Shown: in pieces, positions 38,601-50,600 of the stretch | Layout of the letters: each line of letters begins with the position of its first letter | Numbering within the stretch: position 1 is the first letter of the stretch | From: Tubiluchus corallicola | Taxonomy: Eukaryota > Animalia > Priapulida | Assembly (NCBI GenBank): GCA_030141605.1 | Contig: JAQGDQ010000141.1 | Span: 186,001 to 250,000, forward strand | Direction: 5' to 3' | DNA length: 64,000 nucleotides | The notes under the pieces: model-generated | The model's database searches: none | Seen by the model: the letters and a program-made list of their open reading frames with translations, nothing else | Told to the model about the DNA's origin: nothing | Position numbers and translations under genes: made by a program

Positions 38601-41600
38601 TATTATGATGTTAATTTCTTGTTTGCATTAAAATTCCTGCAAAGGGTAAAGCTGGTGAGCAAGATTAGCATACGTGCTATTCATCTTTGTGGATATTTTG
38701 CTGTGTCACGTGCAGTATGTCTTTTAGTGCTCGTTACAGCTTTTTTATTCTGAGCGGGAAAACATGGCTGAGCGCTCTAGCTGCTCTCTGTGAAACGGCC
38801 TTGACCTGGCTAGCCTTTGCGAGTGTTTTCACCAACGTGAACACTTATTGGTTGACGTGGACACACCCGCTGGCAGTTCATCAATAATCGTATTCTACTA
38901 ACGAAGTTGGATTGTGGCGTCATCTGCTGAGAGAATTTTTGCTTAAAGCACAAGGAAACCCTCCACTTACGTAAAGCTCAAAAAATTTGTCTTGAAATTT
39001 TATACCACTTACATACTGCCTTTTTGCAACCAGGGTTTAAGTCGGCCGTAACACTGTATAAAACGTGTAAATTAAACTCCCGCGATGACCGTTAGGCGCA
39101 GGCATTTTGATGGTAGGTCCATTTGAAATAAGTTTAGGTAACACTGAGTAAAATTTTAAAAAATAGTTAGGGCATTCGTATCCTACAGGTTACTAACTAA
39201 GTAAAATTTTAAATTACTGTCTCTTGTCAGTAAGATTAAAAATACGTTTCTGGTTAGTGGCGCACCCTGGAGGGTGAGTCAGCGACATTTTATCAATTGG
39301 CACAAACATTTTAAATTATTATTTCTACTTACATTAGTAGTCCAGCAGGCAAGCGAAATGCTAAGTAATATAGATTTGCATGTTAAGGTTCTTGGGACAT
39401 AATCTAACATTGCTTTTTTTCCCCCTGATTTACGTTTGCGTAGTGGCGTCATGTAATGGCGCCGTCGAAACAGTATCGCGGGAGACTTAAAGTGAAAAAA
39501 ACGAAAATTCCTTTTAACGCAGTTACGATATACACATAAAATTGCTATAAAGTAATATAATTTTTTAAGGCGATAGTTGCAAAAAAAGGTTTTCGCAAAT
39601 TTTCCACTGAGCGCTGTACAAGAAGTCAGAAATCTTACCATACATCATAATGCTTTTATTTTTTTAAATACTCTGAAATAAATTTTCTTTGAAAAGCTGC
39701 GAATATTTAAAATCTACAGTTACTAAGTATAATAAAGTTTTGCACCATATCTATTTCTGTAAAAATTTTGGGTATCAGAAACGAAATATTATTTTAAATA
39801 TGGTGGTTACACAAACTACAAAACAATATTCAGGTTTAAGGCTAAAATTAGCTGATCCGAAATTGCAAGGTTTGTTAGTACAGTAGATTATCCCGTAGAT
39901 ATCAGTAAAAGATACAGAGTAGCCGAGTTGTTATGGTGTGTACATAGCAACTAAAGTTGGGCAACACTTAGGCTTGATAAGTAAATGATTAAGTGACGAC
40001 GACACATCCACCAGGACTGTTTCAGGGCAAATTTATTTATTATGCTGCTTACCAATGTTCTCTGCCATCTTTGAGAGAGGATGAATACACAACTCAGCTG
40101 TTGGTTCATTGGCTCATCTTAGAAGATTGCGCTCGATAGTTAGCGAAGTTCATGTTTTACCGCAGCTACCACGGACATAATAGTAGTGCTCGGTCGTTAA
40201 GTACTAGATGTTGCTTCCAGTATGCGGCAACATATAAAAACTTGCTTTTTGTCTCTTACTAGGAACTACATTTCCTCATCTTGGCAAACAATTAGGTTCT
40301 TCTGTTTGCTTGTTGAAATGTCATGTTTTTGTTATTGCGAATGGCATTGCATTAGTTACGTTGTCTTCCCAGAAAGTTTGCTGCTTCTCCAGGGACTTGT
40401 GAAAATGCATCAGTTATGCGTTATTGGTTTTCCCGCAACAACAACATCCTTCAGAGAGAGGTTACGCAGCGGTCAACGCGTCCTGTTTACTCATCTCAGT
40501 TGTCATTAATAATTAATAATCGCGTGAGTATTGCAAAATCATTCTCATTACTTGTGCATACTTGTACTGTGATTATACTGAGTAATAGGATATCTGTAGG
40601 GAAAGCGTCTAATCCCCTGTGAGATTGGAAAAACATGTCCCTTTTTGTGCTCTATGGTTCGGTTCTTTCAAACTTCCAACAGTGTTGCCATGATACAATC
40701 TCGTGTCATGGTTATCAGCAAATGTCCATTACGTCTTGGCAAACATTCGGCAGGCAGAAATCTAAGAAATCTGCCTTCAAGACTGTTACCTGTTGATAAC
40801 CAAAAGGTTTAAACTTAAAGGAAAGAACAATCACATAGCATCTTGGGTTTATTTTACTATAATAACTTCAAATTAGAAAAAATATGACAAATGAAAATTT
40901 GTGAACATGTCTGTAAAGCATAAAGTTAATACACTACCGGTGCAGAGAAATTTTCAGGCACGCCGCTTGCCTCCATTCACTTAAAAATTATGACGTAACT
41001 GGTGGACTTCGTGATTTTTCATAATCACATCAAGGCTTTCCATGAGCGCGTGTGGCTTTAAATTAGTTCAGGTTTCTGCAGTTTAGCAGGTTTATGCAAG
41101 TTTCTATTTTGTACAAACTTAATACTTCCGGCGCAAATTGACAGTGAGCTGCTTTTCTTCAGCGGATCAATGACGTCATTGGTGGAAGAATTGGGGCACC
41201 CAAGTGCGAAATTATCGCGACTTTAAAGTGATTTTACACGAGACGCTTATCACACTTATTCCTAAATCCTTCTAACATCTTTCGCGAACACTGAAGTAAG
41301 CTTAACTTCCTCCCAGAAGATGTAGCCTTTCCTTTAAAGGCAAAGTAAATGCCTACTTAACACTAGAAGTATCTTTTGGGAGTTTTGCTTGAGTGAATAA
41401 AATTGCTAAATGTCATTTGTGCAAGGCTTTAAAACTCGCACTTTTGACATATTTATCGTTACCTTTTCAAAATAAGAATAATTCACTCTTAATAAATTGT
41501 GGGTATAAACTTTTTTGAATAGAACTTTGCAGAAATCAGTTCATTGAGATTAGTTTCAAGATTATTCTGCTTAAACTGGAGGTTTATTCCACTTTGTAAA

Positions 41601-44600
41601 TCAAATATTATGGCTGCATTTATCTGTCTGTAGACGACATTTAGGCCCAATGGGTCTTTTTGAATTTATACATTGATTAATTTCTTGCATTGCATATTAA
41701 ACTGATCATTTATAACGAACAAACATTTTTAATTATTTCCATTTGTTTATCATATTTTGTTGTCTATCAGAAGTCTAACAAACTTTACCGTATTGCATAA
41801 GCCAAATTTTTATATTTCATTCCACATATGATAATATCTGACTGTATTATTAAAACTGGAAGTTTAATTAAAACTCCTCGTTATTTTTACGTATTTATCG
41901 GTTTGAACTTTGAGGGATTGGGGAGACGAGGACGTAAAGAAAGGAGTGGGCGAAAATAATCTGATTTGCTCATTGAATTTAGCTTGTTATAGGTAATCAC
42001 AATAAGCGTCTTTATGAGCAATGCAAAGTAGATCAACGTCCTGCCTTGACTGGCAGCGGGGAGCAGTTTTTTCTAAATTAGCTGCTTGTAAAGCATGTAA
42101 ACAACTTCAAAACGCAGTCTAGTTAGAGGATGGAATTCTAAAAGAACTGTTTTATGCACCTTATGCAGTTTCAGTAGTCAGTAGACTCGAGAAAAGGGAA
42201 ACGTGAAAATTTGCATTTTTGTAGCCATTATTTCAAGACCCGCCTACATCAACACTTCTGCTGTGACACGTAAATGCCTGTTTCTTCGGTGTTTTAATTT
42301 TCCTAATTTCTGACTGTTGACAAAACAGAATTAATCTGCAATGATCACTGTGAGGCGCCATTTGTTTATTGCTATTAATGAATTTGTTATTTAAAAAAAA
42401 TGATGTTCAAGATAATATCGTAACGATGAAGGTTATCACTAATAAAAACGTTGTTTAGTATCGTAATGTGATTTGTATACATAATAAAGTTGTAATTGGT
42501 AAAATTTTACAATAAACTTAAAAATGATTTGGTTGCTATAACATATTCCTTTCTTTGTATGTAATGTGGTTTTTGCAGGCCGATTTTTTACATTTATAGA
42601 CCCAAATGAACGTTTGAAACTGCACTATAAGCTAAATTTCGTTTAAATATGCGCACAAAATAATGCAAATTTTATCCTTCATAAAATTCTTTCCATACTA
42701 ATTCTGCTAATCACTTGTCTGTTGTCAACACGCATGCGCGCTAGCTTGTTTTTCATTTCGGGCAACCTCGATTCTTAACTCGGCCTGGTTTTCGTCCTTG
42801 TTTACGCGTTTTAAAGCAAACTAACTAAAAGTGATCAAACCACGCTCTTCGACGTTTTTTAAGGTTTAAACTTTAAACGGTTTTGCTTGCGCGGAATGTA
42901 CTGCAGGCTATGAGTTTTGATAGTGCTGGTTAAACACCGATTATTTAGAGTTAGGTTTGAACTATTAAACATGCCTTAGTACTATTTTCTTTACTCGCTG
43001 TGGCTACCAAGATTTTTCGCGTATCTCTGCTAAAAGTTGCATCCTTTTAATAATACTTAATAAGTACTAGTAGTTTTCTTATAGTCCTTAAGTTTGCTTT
43101 GTAACTCGCGTGTTTGAAATAGTTTCTAATTCAGGTTTTAAGATTTTAAACGATATTCGACCGTGTAAACGTATAAAGATACTACCTGTGCCCTAAATCA
43201 AACTGAAGTAGAAGATGACTAATCAACAACATTCATGTAACCCTGTGCTAACGTTCTCACCAACTTTTCTGCGTTTTAGGTAATGTTAGTTAATCATATC
43301 TGCTGTCCAATACAAATCTGCAGTACCAATGTTAATTCTGTTATTTGCTTTATTGGCCCTATGCATCTTGGTCGTTTTTTCTGCACAGAACGGATAATGG
43401 AATAATTACTGCACTTCCGTCTTGTTAGGACCTTTTCAAGTTCTCATTTTTCACCCCTTGCTGTAAAGTGGTTTAGCACCTGCTCGGTTAGAATGACCTG
43501 AAAAACAGCGGAAAACACTGTGTGACAATCACAGTGACAACTCACTCGCCTTGAAACTGCATATGACCCATAGCAGCTGTCTCCGCTTGGCTGCTTGGCA
43601 AAAATTTGACTTTGTTTTGCTTTTGGTGAAGTGCGTCACCGTTTTTGTAACCCTTCTTTTTCGCATGTAACATAACAGCTTTTGGCTGAATGATTTCTGT
43701 TGGACAGCAGGCCTATTAACCGGTTAATTTGGGGTCCAATGAATATTAAATTTGCTGTGCAAACCATGATTGAAACTTGGAATACATATTAAAGTTAACC
43801 ACTCTTTGTTTTGAAAATTGTGAGCTACCAACTTATAAAAGGCAAACTGTACTAAATCGCATTTCGTTCTTTTGTCTTGGTAGCGTGATACTCTCAGTAA
43901 TTGAAGAATAACAGCGTACCTATTCATCTAATAAAACGTATATGCATTAAATTATGTACAGTGTACATTGAATTGCAATATATAGTTCATATACATTGTA
44001 AAGTTTAGTGCTGTGTTAATTTTGTGAGCACTTGAAAAGCCATTTGACATCATATTATTGCTGTGTATGCAAAGCAATGTAAATTTTCGTATTATTAATT
44101 TTTGAAATGCGTATTCTGTAATCTTGTGTAACATCAGAAATGTGTAGCAATAAGGTGATTATAACTTTAGTTATAGGTTTTTGAACTGTTTTCTTTAGAT
44201 TTACCAATTTCCCCATTTTTCCTTCTTCCTAAACTCATTTCTTTGTTTTTCGCCTGTTTTTTTTTATTTAACCTTACTGGTTTTTTTCTGGAACAAACAA
44301 GTATGCAATGTTGTTGAATGATGTAGAGCAGTCTTTGAGTCTTGTTCACAACCAACAGTACAACTGTAATTAGTACACGACGCCCCATTACTAGCGATTA
44401 AGTCACAACTGTCTTTGTATGCAAATTCGGCATGTATGTATCATTTAATTGGGGGGGCGAGTCATCGACCTTTTGTTTGTCTAGGATGCCAAACGAACAA
44501 AGTATTGCAAAGGTTGAAAAATTCCATTCAAATTTGTTGCCAAAAATTTTTTATTATTGTATTAGTGTTACGCTCCTCATATTTATCTTGCCACTGAAAT

Positions 44601-47600
44601 TCGCGTTAAATCGCCCGTTAAATGCATCGCTTACGAGTTACGCCCGTAAAAACGAGAAAATGCCGTTCTTGCTACATTAAAGTAGTAGCGGTTTGTTGAA
44701 AGTTATTTTTTGCTTATCAAACCTTGTATTTACACACCAGCTGGGCATGTTTTTGTCAGTATCTTCGTTAGGTTGCCGCGCATAGCACCTAATAATACCT
44801 CCGGGGCCGAAAGCCGAATTTAGGCCACAAGTGGACCTGCCTGCCAACGCGTGCCGGTGGTCACGTACGCCAAACCACTATAAAATACCCGACAACCCCA
44901 GTAATGTTAGTGGAGTCACGTGATCGCTACGTAATCGACTCTGTATGGTATTAGTGTCACGTGACCGGCGTGTAAAAGATTCTGCAAGACGCATAGCTTT
45001 GCGACTGCGCAGAACGCTCGCTCCTGTTAGCTGACATCTGCTGTTTATCAGATCTGTGTACTATATATGCGCAGATCTTTTTTGAACTTTACAATAGAGA
45101 TATTTTCCGTGTGAGTACTAGGAGCAGTTTATATATATTTTGTACAAACAAACAGTCATCATTGCGCGTAGACGTGATTAATAACAACAAAATTGGATTA
45201 CGTCATTTAGCTTTGTGAATTTGTATTATGTGAGAAAGAAGAGAAAAATGTGCAAGCAATGTGCTAGAAAACCTCTAGGGTACAGACTTCTGCACCCCTC
45301 AGCAGCTAGTCGGTCACCACACAAACTTCCATTGGACATCTTAGACTGTCAGGGTCCGGCCGACTCCAGCAAATTTCCGGAGGGAGTCCTGGACGCCATC
45401 CCGGAGAAGAAGAATGGGTTCATCCAACAGATCTACCACCGTCAGCGCCACAACTCAATGGCGTCGGACAGTCACAAGAAAATCGGGAGAAGCCGGTCTC
45501 CCTCCCGACTCGCCGCTGAAGAGTGGTTTCCTCAGAGGCGCCAGAGGTCATTCTCTGATTCCAAAACCATGGTAAATCCTCTGAAGAGGATCATGCGTCA
45601 AGAGAGTACTGCATCCTCGCCTTCGACATCGTCATCAAACTCTTCCGTGTCAAGCGATTCTAGTGAAAAGAAACATATAGGTAACACATTCCTGAAATCA
45701 TTGCTATCGTATGTACTATATTGGGCTCCAATTATAATCCAACAATCTCAAAATTATATATTTATACCATTTATTCCTACTCTTATTCGGTACAACAAAG
45801 ACTGATAATGATATATGATATAAATATATAACAATATATATAAGCAACCTATATGTATTATATATAAGAATTGTGATATAAATTAGTTCAAGCTATGCAT
45901 ACTAAAGGAAAGAAAAGTTTATTAGTTTATTTAAGCAGAGTAAAAAATAGTGAAAAAACATAGGAACAGCTATACATACTAAAGGAAAATGGTTTGTTAA
46001 TTTGTTAAAGCAGACTAAAAAATAGTAAAAAAAAAACCAAACCATAGCAACAGTTATGTTGTAATTACTGTCTCAACAAATGGTCAAATAGTTTAAATTT
46101 CATTTAAGACTGCCCAACGAAATAACAATACTTGGCTTCTGTAGTCCATAAAATTTAACATGTCACAATATAGGCGTTTTCTGCTTTCCACTTTTTAGTG
46201 AGATATCTGACGCAATCAGACATTTTATTAGCTTAGAGCGCGTTTCTAGATTTACTAAAAAAACCCTCGTTTGTTTTTGATAAGAGCATAATTTATTGTC
46301 TCTTATTGGCCAATCTAGTGTCTGACGATACCGTTTGGAGGTAACAGCTAACACAGGCATTAACAGTTTGCTTAGTACATATTGCACAGTAATATTCTTA
46401 GTATACCTATGTATCATGCGATCTGTCATGTGACAGCCTTGAACTTTGCTGTCGAATGTGTACAGACACTATTTTCGTCCACCCTGCTTTCACTTCTGTG
46501 GCCCAATTATAACCTGACCAGTGACATACTCATTCAAACAACTCATTTATGTAGAAGATGTCATTTTGTACTGACTTTCTAAAAATAATTAATGTTTATG
46601 ATGAATATATATCTGTCCGTGGAGAGTTACTGATGATTTTGCCATTGTTTGATTATCGCATGCCATCATGTGATGAAGTTTTGTTAGCTAATTGGTGAAG
46701 GTCAGCGAAATTGGTCATGGTCAGTGTGTGTTGTTTTTTCCCTTTGAAGATACTTGGCTAACAGTCAGTGAAGTCTCGTTCTGCTGATGCCGAAAGAGTG
46801 CTACATGTAGTTTGTGCGGTTTTGTTTCAGTAGTCTGTAGATACTGCAAAGGTTACCGGTCAGTGCGGGGTCATTATTCGTATTTGTTGCTGTTGGGTTA
46901 CTGGTCACTGTGGTCACTCTATACGCCACGGACCGCTGGCTGCTGTCCAATAAATCATCAGCGTTACAACTCGGTGTAGCGCAGTAGCTTATGTAGTTAT
47001 TTCCGGGGGCGAATGTTGCATTGGTAGAATGTTTGCACTCGAAGAGCTCTTAGGGTTTTGCTGTACTGCATGTAGGTCGTGTTCGCTACCAACCGAACGC
47101 TTTTACAGTGCTATTTTCTCGTCACGCTTCATACGTTTTTGTTTCACACACAATTCAAGGCGATAATTGGGATGGGATTTATATGTACTCATTCTTATAA
47201 CCCCAAAATAGTGAATTGTTTATTTACAAGTTATGTTATTTCTAACGTTTGCTGCTCAGTTCATGCATTTTTGTTTCACACACAATTCGTGGTGTAGTTT
47301 GGGGTGCGATTTACACGAACCCATTGTTATAGTCAAAATGCTGTATGTTTTATTTGTAAGTTATGTTATTTTTAAATTATGAGCAAACGTACAATGTACG
47401 TGTATTCCTAACATGTTAAATTTGGTGATATTTTAATCACTACTATAGTCTTGTGAACTGTGGAAAATGGACCTGACTCATGAATTTGAAAGAAATGTAA
47501 TAAACTGAGAAGTGCGAAGACATTGGCACTCAGAAACGAGATCAGTTCTATAATTGCTTGCGATATAAAAAAATAAACACGCATAATCTATTTTACTGAT

Positions 47601-50600
47601 AAAGCATGCAGCATATATATATTACAGCTTCGATTTTCCACAAATATGTTTACTTTTTGCTCGGTTGGTCTTATTAAGTTGTACGTGCTTCCATGCACAG
47701 CCATATTAAACGGGTTTTTACCCTGATATTTACCTCAATATATTAATTTATTACTGCTTAATTAAATCTGCAAATTGATATTATCCAAACATTCACTGCT
47801 GCTCAAATCTCTTATTACATTGCTCACTTGCTTCGTGGTCTTTGTTCACTCGTTGACGTCAAACCACCTTCCCTTTGCGCTCTATTAGCCAGCGTGCTGT
47901 CCAGTGATATTAAGCGGTCATCTGCTTGGTCAGCTGATTCAATTTGTGTCCAGCACACAAACGCTCCCCGATCGATATGACCTCAATGCATCTTTTACTC
48001 TGGGTTGAACCCTGAATGTAGCCCATTGATTTTCCCGTACCGGCCCACGCAGTGATACGGGATGAAGCCAGAACTGTTACTGCAATGTAAAAGTGGAATT
48101 AATATCAAGGAAGGGAAGTATCCAGTAATAACTGTAATCGTGATTCGTGTACTTCTGAGAATTGCGCAATTAGAGATCGGGCCGATTCAGGCAGCGCGTT
48201 TGATTGGATTCTTTCTAATTAGGTAGCCTCTCCGAATGAAGCGTTATTTAGATTTTAGAAAGTAACTAAATTGCTGAGCGTAGGTGGGAGATGAAAGAAC
48301 TCTGCCAACAATCTGAGCCCTTTTTGAGGTTGTTGCCTTCTCCTACTAGTCAAAACGTTTTGTTACACGTTTTTCTATAAGCCCATCATTTCTATAGGCG
48401 TTTCTTTTCTGTAACGTCCATCTTTGTGCTACCGTGCATCGTTGGTTTTTGATGTATGTATATTTTGTGCATGTTGAGACGATAAGACTTCAATGTAATT
48501 TAAACCTATTCTGTGACATGTGGCTTCATTTTCCTCAGCAATGAACTACTAAAAAATAGAAAACTTGTATGTACACGAAGTTCATATTTGCCTGCATACT
48601 ATTTATTTATTACATTACATGCCCAATCCCCATAAACGAGGCTTTTCTTTGCACAGTTTACAGTACGTAGAAGCAAAAAATATAAAAAATAAAGAACATC
48701 CTAATTAATATTACATAAAGGCATGGTTGTAAAGCTTGATTAGAGTTAAAACGAAAATAAAATATTTTGTGACTTTCCTTGAGTTTGTTTTTGAATGCTT
48801 CAAATGTTGTCATTTTATTTATTTTGGTTTTGATCGCGCATAGGTTGTAACGTTGGCTTGCCCTGGCTATAAACCGTCTTGTATCAGAATTAGATTTTGA
48901 TGAAAGAATAAAAAGTAAATTTGATTGTCTAGGACTCTAGTGGTCCGAAACGTCATGTTACAATCGAAATTTAGCTTATTATAGATGTAAATTGATTGTT
49001 TAGTGATTAATATTTTGTGGAATAAGTAAACATCACCAAATATAGCTAATTATTTAAGAAATAAAAGTTTCGAATTTATAATGACGTCAGATATGTGGTG
49101 ATGTTTTCGCCGGTTCAATATGACCCTAGCTACAAAGTATATAATCTTTTGAATTTTATTTAAGTGAATATCTGCAGCATTGCTAAACAGTAAGGCGCGT
49201 GAAAATACAAGACTATTCATAATTTACGTCAACAAATGTAGTATATAATTTTTAATATTATTAAAATCACTATTAAATAATATTATCGCATTATATTAAA
49301 GAGAATGTGATGGTGGTTATGGTGATGAGTCTGATCCTTCATCTCTCTTCTTGTCATCAAGAATTTAATTTGTGAAAAATGAGAACTTATGAAACGTACT
49401 CTTAGATCGTCAAGCACAACATTTCATACATAGTTTCCTTTTACTCCTTCCGGGCATCTGACTAGGATTACTCAGAATTATATAATTATAAACAATCGCT
49501 ACTTTCACTATAAGTAATTGGCTACACTGTCTTAAGACCTCGGGCAAGTACACGCTGCATCTACTCAAAGCACGTTACTAGCATGATTAAAACATCACGT
49601 ATAACATGCAGTGACATATTCCATTCAGATTACCATATAGGAAGCTTTGGGAGTAATTTCCGCTGCTTCATAAAGGAGGGTGACATTTGGCTACTTGCGT
49701 CATGCCAGAGCTGAAATCGTTAATGAGCGCTCAGCAGTCTCGGCTTGGTATTTGCTGACTATAAATGATGGTGTAGTATTATAGCTGCAACTTCTGAAAT
49801 TAGCGATGATCAAAAGACACAAAATAAGCGTAAAAAGTGTTTATTGCCAAAATGTCTTCAACTAAATTACTTGGTGATGAATTTGCCCATTTTGATTCTT
49901 TGTTACTACATTTGTAAACTAGTTTCATGTGCAATTTGGTGTCGTGTGGAATTTTCACATTACACGTTACTCTAGCTAAAGCGTGCTTAAGGCTGTTTTC
50001 TGATTACATTTGTCCTCTTTCTTTCTGTTGTGTAAACCTGTAAATCCGTAAAATACACCGCTCATTTTTATAGGATACTGAATAACATAGGCTATTCATT
50101 TGGATCAGGGCCACTACATATATGTTTCGAGATGAAATGTGAATCTTGATAAAGCTTAAACTCAGTATACTTGCAGTAGAAAATGTGAATCTTGATAATC
50201 TTGATAAAGCTAAAACTTGCAGTAGAAAATGTGAATCTTGATAAAGCTTAAACTCAGTATACTTGTAGTAGAAAATGTGAATCTTGATAAAGCTTAAACT
50301 CAGCAATACCTGCAGTAGAAAATGTGAATCTTGATAAAGCTTAAACTTAGAAATACTTGCAGTAGAAAATGTGAATCTTGATAAAGCTTAAACTTAGAAA
50401 TACTTGCAGTAGAAAATGTGAATCTTGATAAAGCTTAAACTCAGTATACTTGCAGTAGAAAATGTGAATCTTGATAAAGCTTAAACTCAGTAATGTTTGC
50501 AGTAGAAAATGTGAATCTTGATAAAGCTTAAACTCAGTCATACTTGCAGTAGAAAATGTGAATCTTGATAAAGCTTAAACTCAGTAATACTTGCAGTAGA

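Noticed and set aside
43215-43285. ATG...TTTAG|gtaatg as another first exon
   Set aside because: The open frame is phase 2 and the phase-1 frame contains a stop, so it cannot join 52366 in frame.
48925-48955. ggac-tctagtg-gtcc-gaaacgtc, half of a hammerhead motif
   Set aside because: No CUGAnGA box precedes the stem; at best a fragment.
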